From positions 55,413 to 119,412 of the forward strand of contig CAZUBM010000002.1 of assembly GCA_964618805.1 (NCBI GenBank): 64,000 nt of DNA, given 5' to 3'. The position numbers were made by a program, and so were the translations under genes. Source of the stretch: an uncultured Nitrososphaerota archaeon (GTDB lineage Archaea; Korarchaeota; Korarchaeia; Korarchaeales; Korarchaeaceae). The notes under the pieces are model-generated. The model did not search any database and was not told the DNA's origin. It worked only from the letters and a program-made list of their open reading frames with translations. Of the stretch, positions 9,828-19,513 are shown piece by piece (the first letter of the stretch is position 1; the number at the start of each line of letters is the position of its first letter).

Positions 9828-11177
9828 TCACCCTTTTAGAGCCCTCCTTCTCCTGTAAGAAACGCTAACTTCTATCGTTCCAGAAGAAATGACCTCATAA
9901 AGTATAGCTCTCTTCTCCTTCCTTCTCAAGATCCTTCCCAGCCTTTGGATGAACTCCCTTCTGCTTCCGCTCCCTCCAAGCACGACCGCAATCCTTGCAT
10001 CTGGAACATCAAGGCCCTCATCTAGCACTTTTGATGTAACTACCTTGGTGTATCTTCCGGTTCTGAAGCCTTCTAAGATGTCTTCTCTCTCAGCTGGACT
10101 TGTTCTATGAGTCAGAACTGGGATAAGGAATTTCTGGCCTATTTGATGAGCCATTTCATTGTACTCGGTGAATATGAGAACTTTGTCCCTCCTATGGGCT
10201 TCTAGGATCTCTTTCAAGGCCTCAAGCTTTGAAACCGAATTTATTGCGATCTTTCTAGCCTTATTCCTTGCTATTAGGGCTTTCCTAGCTTCTTCGCTTA
10301 TTCCGCTCCTCATAACTAACTTCTTAAAGTCCTCAAGTCTTTCTAGCCTTATTCCTGCTCTTGCAAGGCTCTTCTTATACTCAGACATGAGCCTTTCATA
10401 TTCCTCTTTCTCCCCTTGTTTCAGCTTGACTGGAATTTTGATGACCTCAAAGTCTGCTAATTGTCTTCCAGCAAGTTCTGTCGGCTTCATCTTGTAGACA
10501 ACTCCTCCTATCAGAGAAAGGAGCCTTACATGAGCGCCGTCTTCTCTCTCAAAGGTTGCTGTCAGGCCCATCCTGTGCTCAGAAGCCAGCATCTCTCCTA
10601 TCTGTGAATACCCCTCAGCTGCAAGATGGTGACATTCATCAAATATAACGAAAGGGAATTTATTTCCAAGTTCTTCTGCCCTTAAGTATGCTGAATCATA
10701 TGTGGACACTGTGATCCCTTTTATTTCCCTCTTACCCCCACCTAAGATACCGATGTTTACTCCAAAATAGCTTTCTAACCTCCTTACCCATTGATCTAGC
10801 AGGGGTAAAGTAGGTACTACAATAAGAGAAGGTTCTTGAAGCCTTTCCATTGCCTTCATAGCTATAATAGTCTTACCCGAGCCAGGAGGAAGGACTATCA
10901 CTCCCCTTAGGCCTGAAGCAAACCAAAACTTTAGTGCCTCCTCCTGATATCGATGAAGTTTTATCTCCTTCTTTCCCAATAATCGATCCACTGGAAGAAG
11001 GTTTAGTACATCATCCTCAAATTCAATACCGCTTTTCATGAGAAAGGCCTTGATGTCAGCATACCTATAGGCGGGAGCTCTAAAAGCATCCACTCTATCG
11101 TCCCAGACCGAGAAAGGAGTTCCATACTGTCCTTTGATTATTAGAGTTCCCCTGTCATACAGCAATTTAACCTTCAT
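9828..11177 (-). CDS. xpb: XPB/Rad25-type SF2 DNA helicase
   Basis: LPPGSGKT, DECHH, GLTAT, VLDEGLDVP, QRLGRILR; N-terminal YDRGTL damage-recognition-like domain. Confidence 0.92.
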   Translation of the reverse strand: MKVKLLYDRGTLIIKGQYGTPFSVWDDRVDAFRAPAYRYADIKAFLMKSGIEFEDDVLNLLPVDRLLGKKEIKLHRYQEEALKFWFASGLRGVIVLPPGSGKTIIAMKAMERLQEPSLIVVPTLPLLDQWVRRLESYFGVNIGILGGGKREIKGITVSTYDSAYLRAEELGNKFPFVIFDECHHLAAEGYSQIGEMLASEHRMGLTATFEREDGAHVRLLSLIGGVVYKMKPTELAGRQLADFEVIKIPVKLKQGEKEEYERLMSEYKKSLARAGIRLERLEDFKKLVMRSGISEEARKALIARNKARKIAINSVSKLEALKEILEAHRRDKVLIFTEYNEMAHQIGQKFLIPVLTHRTSPAEREDILEGFRTGRYTKVVTSKVLDEGLDVPDARIAVVLGGSGSRREFIQRLGRILRRKEKRAILYEVISSGTIEVSVSYRRRRALKG

Positions 11178-11313
11178 TTTGTCTAGCTTAATGATTGATA
11201 CTCAAACAAAAACTATGTCTCCAGCTTTCCAGTCGAACAATGTTCTTCGTAAGAGATTCAAATGTGGTGCTGGTAGGAGAAAGTTTATTCTAAATATGGG
11301 ATCAGACGTATGG

Positions 11314-12402
11314 ATGAATACAGCGAACCTGAAAAAGTGGAGTACATGGTTATCTAGCTTGATCCCTCTCTCCTTGTTGGGAATTGTTGCTAGAATAGCC
11401 GCAGATGCTATTCACATCCCAGGATATTATGACTCATTAGGAGCAATGTGCGTCTCCACTTCCATAGGTCCCCTTCCATCTTTACTGGCAGGGATCATCT
11501 CAGGAGCACTTCTAATCCCTTACTATGAGGTTTATATGGCGGCCTTTTGGATTCCAGGAGCTGCAGCCTTTGTTTATGGATTTCTAAGGAAAAAGGGTTG
11601 TCCAACATTAGGAGCAGTCCTCTCCTCCCTTATTTACGTCCTTGGATGGTCAATCGTTTATTGCTTAGCAACAGGAACCTGGGGGAGCATAAGGTCTTAT
11701 CTCTTAACGAGGGGAGCTCTGATACTCTATATCGACGTCTTCATATGCTCATCTGTTGCGGAGGTCTACGCAAAGATAGGTAAACCATCTAGAAAAGCCC
11801 TTGCAATCATGGCTTTACTCTCTCTGGTTGCAATCTCTGGCTTCTGGGTTACCGTTAAGAGGAACGAGTGGAGCATTACTAAAGCTTTCCCGGAAAGGGA
11901 AGGATGGAAGAAGTTCCACTCGAAAATGGATCTTGTCTGGATTTGGATGGGAGAAAAGGGCATAAACAATTATTATTACCCAGAAACCAGGTTTGCTAGA
12001 GAGAAACCAGGATATCAAGTTTGGGTGGGCCTGTACTGGGTACAGGGATGGAATGATGTTGCCGATGTTTCCTTAGATAGCGAGTTTGCCGTATGGGATC
12101 AAAACTTCTGGAACGGGGTTCATGGCGTGAAAAATCCATATACATATGTGATTGATGTTCACAACATCACTGAGATCAATTTTAAGGGGTACAAAGCGTA
12201 TCTCATGTATGGTGGGATGATCACTCCAAGCGACGTTGAGCCTTATGAAGAAGTGTGGATTGAGGGCTTTTTCATCACATTCTACGACAAGGAAGCTGAC
12301 AGAACAGCCATAATATATGCTTGTGCTACCAAGGATAATCTTCCAAGGATGATTGACGAATTGTGGAACTTAGTGAACTCTTGGAAGATAGGCACAGGCT
12401 GA
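11314..12402 (+). CDS. Membrane protein: ECF S-component-like N-terminal helices plus soluble C-terminal domain
   Basis: IPGYYDSLG...GP..SLLAG signature, about 6 hydrophobic segments, then about 180 aa hydrophilic aromatic-rich domain. Start moved to ATG 11314 (11296 possible) because 11134 overlaps xpb. Confidence 0.65.
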   Translation: MNTANLKKWSTWLSSLIPLSLLGIVARIAADAIHIPGYYDSLGAMCVSTSIGPLPSLLAGIISGALLIPYYEVYMAAFWIPGAAAFVYGFLRKKGCPTLGAVLSSLIYVLGWSIVYCLATGTWGSIRSYLLTRGALILYIDVFICSSVAEVYAKIGKPSRKALAIMALLSLVAISGFWVTVKRNEWSITKAFPEREGWKKFHSKMDLVWIWMGEKGINNYYYPETRFAREKPGYQVWVGLYWVQGWNDVADVSLDSEFAVWDQNFWNGVHGVKNPYTYVIDVHNITEINFKGYKAYLMYGGMITPSDVEPYEEVWIEGFFITFYDKEADRTAIIYACATKDNLPRMIDELWNLVNSWKIGTG

Positions 12403-12492
12403 GAAGCCACTAAATTAAAGATATCCAACGGACCCTTTATTGTAGATAAGAGGTTATTAGTTTTGTTCTAGTCTCATCCACTTAGATGCATA

Positions 12493-13442
12493 TTGGAGTT
12501 GAGCAAGGAGATATTGCTAAAGATGTTTGAGTCGATGGTAAAAATAAGAAAGTTTGAAGAGAAAGTAGCCGAGCTTTATGCCAAAGGATTAATACATGGA
12601 TTAGCCCACCTGTATATCGGCCAGGAAGCCGTAGCAGTAGGTGTATGCACTGCGTTGAGGGAAGATGACTATATACTAAGTACACATAGAGGCCATGGAC
12701 ACGCAATCGCAAAGGGGTTCCATTATCGGTATTGATGGCAGAACTTATGGGTAAAATCTCTGGTTGCTGTAAGGGACTATCAGGCTCGATGCAACTTGCA
12801 TACTTGAAGAAAGGCCTTGCATTTTCTAGTTCAATTGTTGGAGGTGATGCCCCGATCGCTGTAGGTTTAGCTCTTGCTTGTAAATTAGAGGAAACTGATA
12901 GCGTTGTTGTATCGTTTTTTGGAGACGGCGCGATAAATGCTGGGCATGCACATGAAGCGTTGAATCTAGCAGCGATATGGAAAGCTCCAGTGATATTTGT
13001 CTGAGAAAATAACCTATATGCAATATCAAAACCTGTTTCTAAAATGGTCTCCATAAAGGGTTTGGCTGAACAAGCCTCAGCTTATGGCATACCAAGCGCT
13101 GTTGTTGACCGTAATGATATAATTTCAGTTCATTCCCATGTTATGAAAGCGGTTGAAAGAGCGGGAAACGGTTATGGACCAACGTTCTTGGAATGCAAAA
13201 CTTACAGGTATCTGGGCCATCATTTAGGCGATGTATTACAACCTTATAAAACTAAGTTAGAAGTGGAAGAGTGGAAGAAAAGAGATCCTATAGACTGATT
13301 TAAGACATACTTACTAAAAAATGAGTTAGTAAGCCATCATGATTTAGAATCGATAGCTCAAGAGGTGAAAACCGAAATTGAGTTAGCCGTCAAAACCGCT
13401 GTAGAATCACCTTATCCGAGTTTAAGTCAATTAAATCTATAA
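12493..13442 (+). pseudogene. Pseudogene of TPP-dependent dehydrogenase E1 alpha (pdhA/acoA-like)
   Basis: [20 protein letters not shown]...ENN, TYRYLGH, DPI motifs; 1-nt frameshift near 12715-12720; in-frame TGA at 13002 and 13296; no beta subunit follows. Confidence 0.9.
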
Positions 13443-13576
13443 GTGTTAAGTTAGCTCGAGACCTACTTTGTTTACCTTTGTTCTGCTGAGATTTTTCCCT
13501 GTAAGACATCTTGCAGCCAAGCCGATCAATAAAACTTCAATTTGAATCGTTTGTTTATTCAACTGCTTTGCTTCTA

Positions 13577-15448
13577 CTAACTCCCGTAAATAACGGGTAT
13601 GATAAAGTCTAGGCCAAGTTCTCTCAATTTTTCTATTGAAGGTCTTCCCTGTTCATCATATCCCCGCTCTTTATAATACTCCTCTAGCATTATGTCTAAA
13701 TTAACCGTTTGTCCCTTTATTGCACCATCTGGCACTGGTTCTTTTAAGAACCTCTCTGGGAGTCTATCATCCTTGCGATCTATGCCCATTTTTATATTAA
13801 AAGCTCTTTCTATAAGCCATATCCTTTCTGCTGCTTTTAATAACTCTTCAAGGGTCACCTTAAACCCGGTTGCTGCGACGTAAAGATCTGCTAAGAGCGT
13901 TAATGGTACCCTAGGGAAGAAATAATTGAATTTACACGCACCTATGGCATCAATAAATGTGCAAGCATCCTGATGAATTTTTGTAATTTTACCTTTTCCT
14001 TTTTCTATAAATGGATCGACTTTAGTATCAAGACCTAGTTCTGGGCTTAAAATTCCGCGTTCTACGTAACCTGGACTACCTCTGTTATGGCATGCGCCTC
14101 TATTACATGTAGCATACTGCAATCCCATTGCTTTAAGTCTGTAAGGATTGTGAAATGGGAGTTCGAGTCCCTTCACATGCATTGCATACCTATTAGAGCC
14201 CTTACCTATAATTTTCGCTGCCTGTTTAACCCCCTCTCCTAAAATGGCCCCGAATCCTTCTTTTTTAACTATTAGTTCTATCATTTTTAGCATGGTGTCA
14301 GGGTCACCCCATCGAAGTTCTATTCCTCCAGTGTCCCCTTCTGAAATTATGCCTTTCTCAAATAGTTCCATTGCAAAAGCTATAGCTGATCCTGCTGAGA
14401 TGGTATCTACTCCATAGTCATTACATATATAATTCCCCTTTGCAATTGATTGTAAGTTAGAGTTCATAATCAACGAACCTAGTGCGGCTATGGTCTCATA
14501 TTCGGGACCTGCAACTTCCCCCGGTAGTGCATATGGACCTTCTTCGATTTTAACCACCCTACCACAAGCCATCGGGCACCCAAAGCAAGACTTACTTCTG
14601 ACTAAAATTGTTTCTGCCATCTTCTGACCACTGATTTCATATGCCGCCGGAAAAGTACCTCTTGACCAGTTCTTTACTGGCAAATTACCCATTTGCTCAA
14701 ATGCTACCACACCCGCTGAAGTTCCATATAACCTAAAGTTCTTGGCAGCCGTGCTCTCTACTATGATTTTAAGAATTTTCTCTTTGACAGAATTGAACTT
14801 ATCTTCATCATCCACCTTTATTTCTCCTTCTCCCCTTACAGCTATTGCTTTAAGATTTTTAGATCCCATAACAGATCCTAAACCACACCTTCCAGCAGCT
14901 CTCCAATCATCACTTATTACATTAGCTATTCTAACAAGTTTTTCACCCGAGGGACCAATGCCTATAATACTAGTTTTAGAATCCTTCAGTTCATCTTTAA
15001 TTGTTTTGAAAGTTTCATGTAGTCCTTTTCCCCAAAGATTAGATGCGTTTCTAATTTCAACGTCTTCATCCTTGATCCATATATACACTGGTTTTTCTGA
15101 TTTACCCTCAACCACAACCGCATCATATCCCGCCCATTTTAATTGAATCCCAGCAAATGCTGAAAAAATTGCATCTCCCCAGCAGTTTGTTAGAGGAGAC
15201 TTTGAAATGACTATAGACTTATTTATTGCCGGTCCTCTAGTCCCGACAAGTGCTCCAGTAGCCCAAATGAATAGATTCTCCGGATCATAAGGCTGAGTCT
15301 GCTGGTTTATTTCTTCAAACATTTTACGAGCTACTATTCCCAATGCCCCAATATACTTCTCAGCTTCTTGAGTATTCCATGTCTCTACTTTTATGTCATT
15401 AGTAGAGAGATTAACTCTTAGGATTCTTCCAATTAGAACCCTAGACAT
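13577..15448 (-). CDS. aor: Aldehyde:ferredoxin oxidoreductase family (W-pterin, 4Fe-4S)
   Basis: KSPLT, GRCGLGSVMGSKNLKAI, CFGCPMAC, EYET, DYGVDTIS, RGACH, DDRLPERF. Confidence 0.92.
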   Translation of the reverse strand: MSRVLIGRILRVNLSTNDIKVETWNTQEAEKYIGALGIVARKMFEEINQQTQPYDPENLFIWATGALVGTRGPAINKSIVISKSPLTNCWGDAIFSAFAGIQLKWAGYDAVVVEGKSEKPVYIWIKDEDVEIRNASNLWGKGLHETFKTIKDELKDSKTSIIGIGPSGEKLVRIANVISDDWRAAGRCGLGSVMGSKNLKAIAVRGEGEIKVDDEDKFNSVKEKILKIIVESTAAKNFRLYGTSAGVVAFEQMGNLPVKNWSRGTFPAAYEISGQKMAETILVRSKSCFGCPMACGRVVKIEEGPYALPGEVAGPEYETIAALGSLIMNSNLQSIAKGNYICNDYGVDTISAGSAIAFAMELFEKGIISEGDTGGIELRWGDPDTMLKMIELIVKKEGFGAILGEGVKQAAKIIGKGSNRYAMHVKGLELPFHNPYRLKAMGLQYATCNRGACHNRGSPGYVERGILSPELGLDTKVDPFIEKGKGKITKIHQDACTFIDAIGACKFNYFFPRVPLTLLADLYVAATGFKVTLEELLKAAERIWLIERAFNIKMGIDRKDDRLPERFLKEPVPDGAIKGQTVNLDIMLEEYYKERGYDEQGRPSIEKLRELGLDFIIPVIYGS

Positions 15449-15480
15449 TAGGTGACACCTAGTCTCTCTGGTTCTCTCTT

Positions 15481-15642
15481 TTAAAATTCTTTAATAAAAG
15501 CCATCAATGCTTTCTTGAAGGACTCCATCGGGGCTCTAACTATTCCAGCACCTACTTGGCCTATACCTGGCTCTTTATGAGCTATTGCTGTGTTAATAAA
15601 AGGGAGCATTCCAGTTTCTATGACTTTTCTAAGATCTATACT
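15481..15642 (-). pseudogene. 3' remnant of a DUF1116 (YlbE/AllG-like) gene
   Basis: Manual translation IDLRKVIETGMLPFINTAIAHKEPGIGQVGAGIVRAPMESFKKALMAFIKEF*, the characteristic DUF1116 C-terminus; remainder of the gene absent. Confidence 0.8.
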
Positions 15643-16172
15643 CGTTCTCCTTGATGATATCTGAAGCTTGGGAGACTCGACAACTACCTAGAACTAAATT
15701 TATCGAGCATGCAAAGTATTATGGGGTGAATACCCTTAAATAGGCAAGTTTAGGAGATGAAGAGAGGAGAAGATGGTTTTGAGATAATAAGCAAGAGGAG
15801 AAAACTTAAGCCAAGTGCTTGATATCGGCAACAAGTCCCTTTATCTTCAACATGCAACCTTCCAGGTTATTTTGTCAACTTCTGTTCCTGCTCAAGAACT
15901 CTGCTGTTGCTTATTACAAAGAGCTTCTGCTGAGAAGTAACCTCAAGTTCTTTCCATTCCTTTAACTGATTTCTCTCGATGTTTCAATTTCCAGCGCAAT
16001 GAATATTTTCAGCAACACCCTTCAGATCAATATTAGAGTTTCTCTCTCAACTCATAGTCATAGACCTCTCTAATATCTCCTTTCTGTCAGAAGTTAGGAT
16101 AGAACCTTTAAAATTTGAAAGAAAGCAGCGAAATATGCCATTTATACACTTTTAATTTAAAAGACCTCTTTG

Positions 16173-16194
16173 AAAGATAAAAAGAAAAGGGAAG
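16173..16194 (-). terminator. Putative archaeal U-rich terminator after the SBP gene
   Basis: CTTCCCTTTTCTTTTTATCTTT just downstream of the stop at 16205. Confidence 0.4.
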
Positions 16195-16204
16195 TATATG
16201 GATG

Positions 16205-17509
16205 TCAATCCCTTTCTTCCCACGATGGAGCTGGCCAAACAGGATCTGTGGTGGCGTACTCTATAGGCCAAACTATCCTAAAGGACCCTTCTCTTATTTG
16301 CGCTAAACATATGGCTGTATGAGGATTCTGTCCCTCCTTTGTCAAATCAATCTTTGAGTAGGGTAATATTACGTTCACTTCCTCAGAAGGAAGCTCCAAC
16401 ACTACGGAGGCGAGTGCGTCCCTAACCTTTTCTGGTTCTATCGATCCAGCTTTTTCTATAGCATAATAAAGGATCCATGTAGAGGAGTAACAGTCCGCAG
16501 AGATGCCAGTCATATCATAGCCGTATTTCTTTTTGAACTCCTCATTGATCCACTTGAATTGAGATAATTTTGGTGAGAGCAAAAGGTCTGGTTGCCACTC
16601 TGTCTGAGTGAGTACATACTCGCAATCCTTGCCGAGACCCTTTATATAATCAGGATGAGTTTGTCCAGCTGCTCCTAGGCCCATATATGCCTTTGGATAC
16701 CATCCCATTGCCTTTAACGTCTTCATAAAGAGTATACAATCATCAGTATAGCCCACATGCACTACTATGTCAGGGTTAGCAGCCTTCAGCTTTGTGACCA
16801 GAGGGCTAAAGTCGGCTATAGGATATGGATAAGCTTCCTCAAAGGTTACTTCATATCCTGGCGCCAATTGTTCGAGATATTCCTTGAAGCCATCAGCGCT
16901 TGATATTCCAAACTCATCATTAACATAGACCAAGCCGATGGTCTTAAAATTCGTTCCAGCTCTCTCATTAAGATCTAATATGGCTTTAACAGCATCTCTC
17001 CCGTACCAAGAGGCCTTTCCATGAATCCTAAAGACATATTTGTAGCCTCTTTCCGTTATCTCATCAGCTATTGCATCTGCCACCATGAAAGGAATCTTAT
17101 ACTTCTCTGCTACCCCAGCTACAGGAAGGGTTACAGCACTCTGATAACAGCCTGTGAGCACATGGACCTTCTCAACCGTTATCAGCCTTTCTGCCTCACT
17201 CATTCCAACTTCAGGCTTACTGGCGCTGTCAGCCCATATAGGTACAAGCCTCGCTCCCCCAAGCGATTTTATTCCTCCAGCTGCATTTATGTGCTCTATT
17301 GCCAGCTCTATGCCCTGCTTGGCTAACATACCGCATTTTGCAGCTCCACCAGTAAGAGGGAGTACAACACCGACTTTGATCTCCTCAACTTTGGGCTTTA
17401 CCGCAGCTCTATAGACATAATACCCGCCGATAGCAGCAATAATTAAGATTGCAATCACAATCAGTATGAGCGTGGTTCTAGCAATCCCCCTTCTTCTCAT
17501 CTCGTTCAC
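16205..17509 (-). CDS. livK: Branched-chain amino acid-type ABC substrate-binding protein
   Basis: N-terminal TM anchor, IKVGVVLPLTG, INAAGGIKSLGG, DFSPLVTKLKAANPD. Confidence 0.9.
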   Translation of the reverse strand: MNEMRRRGIARTTLILIVIAILIIAAIGGYYVYRAAVKPKVEEIKVGVVLPLTGGAAKCGMLAKQGIELAIEHINAAGGIKSLGGARLVPIWADSASKPEVGMSEAERLITVEKVHVLTGCYQSAVTLPVAGVAEKYKIPFMVADAIADEITERGYKYVFRIHGKASWYGRDAVKAILDLNERAGTNFKTIGLVYVNDEFGISSADGFKEYLEQLAPGYEVTFEEAYPYPIADFSPLVTKLKAANPDIVVHVGYTDDCILFMKTLKAMGWYPKAYMGLGAAGQTHPDYIKGLGKDCEYVLTQTEWQPDLLLSPKLSQFKWINEEFKKKYGYDMTGISADCYSSTWILYYAIEKAGSIEPEKVRDALASVVLELPSEEVNVILPYSKIDLTKEGQNPHTAICLAQIREGSFRIVWPIEYATTDPVWPAPSWEERD

Positions 17510-17614
17510 CTTGATCTTATTCTTATTATTCTTGTAAATTGGTTTTGAGATAAAGAATAAAAATATTAAGGTAAAATTTCTTACTTTAAATCAATTGCAA
17601 TTATAAGGAGATGA

Positions 17615-18499
17615 ATGAAGATGATAACACTTGAAGTTTTGCTCCAAATACTGGTCTCCGGGGTCCTATTAGGAGGTATATATGCGCTTGCTTCCCTAGG
17701 ACTGGGCCTTTCCTGGGGAATAGTTCACGTAATAAATTTTGCTCACGGCGAGTGGATACTTCTCTCCATGTATGCCTCTTACTGGCTCGTTAACCTCTTT
17801 GGCGTTGATCCTTTATTGCTTATACCCCTTAGTGCTCTAATTGGAGCTGGAATAGGGGTCTTCACACAAAAATTCTTGGTGGAGACAACCGAAAGAGGAG
17901 GGGCTTTAGCTACAATACTTTCAACCTTCGGCCTGTCCTTAACGATAATAGGCACAAGTCAACTACTTTGGAAATCCTATGCAAGGACAATACCAAACAG
18001 GTATATTGAGATGGTCATCAAAGTTGGAGTAATAAGGATCTCAGGCGCTCACTTCGTGTCCTTTTTAGTAGCTATCGCCTTAATCACGTCCATTTACATA
18101 CTTTTTAAGAAAACTCTCACCGGAAAGGCAATACTCGCTAGTTCTGAGATATTTGGCGACGCAGAAGTTGCGCTCTTAATGGGAGTGAACGTTAAAAGAA
18201 TAAAACTGTTAACAATGGCTCTTGCTGGAATTTCAGCTGGTATAGCTGGAAATCTCATTGCTACATTTTATTATATTCATCCCTACATCGGGATGCTTTG
18301 GTGCATCTTGGCGTTCGTAGTCGTAGTTCTTGCAGGGCTGGGAAGCTTAAAGGGAATCATAATAGCGGGGGTGATAGTTGGGATATTAGAGTGTTTGGGA
18401 AGCCTTATTATAGGGACTGCCTACAGCTACATCCTTGTCTTTCTAGCCTTCATTCTAACCCTTTATTTGAGACCTAGGGGGTTGATGGGCAGAAGGTGA
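17615..18499 (+). CDS. livH: Liv-type ABC permease
   Basis: YALASLGL..INFAHGE, MGVNV, RPRGLMG. Confidence 0.9.
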   Translation: MKMITLEVLLQILVSGVLLGGIYALASLGLGLSWGIVHVINFAHGEWILLSMYASYWLVNLFGVDPLLLIPLSALIGAGIGVFTQKFLVETTERGGALATILSTFGLSLTIIGTSQLLWKSYARTIPNRYIEMVIKVGVIRISGAHFVSFLVAIALITSIYILFKKTLTGKAILASSEIFGDAEVALLMGVNVKRIKLLTMALAGISAGIAGNLIATFYYIHPYIGMLWCILAFVVVVLAGLGSLKGIIIAGVIVGILECLGSLIIGTAYSYILVFLAFILTLYLRPRGLMGRR

Positions 18500-18505
18500 A
18501 CAAAT

Positions 18506-19513
18506 ATGCTCAGCGAAATCCTCAGATCTAAGCCCTTCGAGAATATCCTCAAGCTTTCAATCTTGCTAATCGCAATCTCTCTACCATTTAAGCTTCTCAA
18601 GCTTCACTTCGTTCTGTATGTAATGACACTAATACTACTATATGGGTACCTAGGCCAGTGTTGGAACATACTTTACGGCTACGCTGGTCAGCTGTCATTT
18701 GGTCACGCAGCCTTTTTGGGAATGGGGGCATATGTCTCCACGATTTTGTTGTTGAGATTTGGGATTACGCCGTGGGTAGGTATGCTGGTAAGCGGAGCTG
18801 CTTGCGCTCTCTTTGCCCTTATCATAGGTTTTCCGCTGTTAAGGCTCAAAGGAGCTTACTTCGCTCTAGCAACGCTTGGGATGGCTGAAGTAGTTAGGCT
18901 GATAGTCTTGAGACTTGACTTCATAACAGGAGGAGGAAGGGGCCTGTTACTTCCTGTCGTCACATCACCACGGCTTTTTCTATTCGGCGACATATGGCAT
19001 TGGTTTCTCATAGCCCTGGGGATGCTCATCTTTCTCCTAGCCGTTTCATATAAAATAGAAGGATCTAGGCTAGGGATGGGATTCAAAGCCATAAAACAGG
19101 ATGAGGAAGCTTCCTCATCCGTTGGAGTTGATGTCTTTAAGTATAAGATAATTGCTCTTTTACTAACGGCTTTCTTTACTGGAATTGGAGGGACGTTTTA
19201 TGCACAGCTTGTAGGATACATAAGGCCTGACACAATTCTTACACCTGAAAGATCAGATGAGATAGTCGTAGTTGCAGTTATAGGGGGGACTGGTACTCTA
19301 TGGGGCCCATTAATTGGCTCAACCATTCTACTCTCCATAAGACAGCTCATTTATTCTCTCTTAGGGGGGAGTTATGCGGGAGTTCACCTCATAGTATATG
19401 GGATATTGATTATATTGATAGTAACGTTTGCTCCTGAAGGGCTCTGTTTGACACTTAAGAGGAAGATTTTAGGCATAGCAGAAGGAGCTAGATCCCCAGG
19501 TAAGCTTTCTTGA
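18506..19513 (+). CDS. livM: Liv-type ABC permease
   Basis: GYAGQLSFGHAAF, RLKGAYFALATL, AIKQDEEA, GGTGTLWGP, PEGL. Confidence 0.9.
   Translation: MLSEILRSKPFENILKLSILLIAISLPFKLLKLHFVLYVMTLILLYGYLGQCWNILYGYAGQLSFGHAAFLGMGAYVSTILLLRFGITPWVGMLVSGAACALFALIIGFPLLRLKGAYFALATLGMAEVVRLIVLRLDFITGGGRGLLLPVVTSPRLFLFGDIWHWFLIALGMLIFLLAVSYKIEGSRLGMGFKAIKQDEEASSSVGVDVFKYKIIALLLTAFFTGIGGTFYAQLVGYIRPDTILTPERSDEIVVVAVIGGTGTLWGPLIGSTILLSIRQLIYSLLGGSYAGVHLIVYGILIILIVTFAPEGLCLTLKRKILGIAEGARSPGKLS

Noticed and set aside
8258-11177. Helicase-nuclease pair as a novel defence system
   Set aside because: It matches the known archaeal XPB-Bax1 repair pair.
13002-13004. TGA at a conserved Cys position of E1-alpha as possible selenocysteine
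   Set aside because: The same gene has a frameshift and a second TGA at an Arg-like position, and no SECIS was recognised; ordinary pseudogene decay is simpler.
3670-13298. Three in-frame TGAs suggesting UGA reassignment
   Set aside because: They correspond to different expected residues (Trp-, Cys- and Arg-like), and many intact genes here (tldD, xpb, livH, moxR) end at TGA at their normal C-termini.
15449-15461. Palindrome TAGGTGACACCTA over the aor ribosome-binding region
   Set aside because: Short, partly explained by the GGTG RBS, and no second copy was seen.
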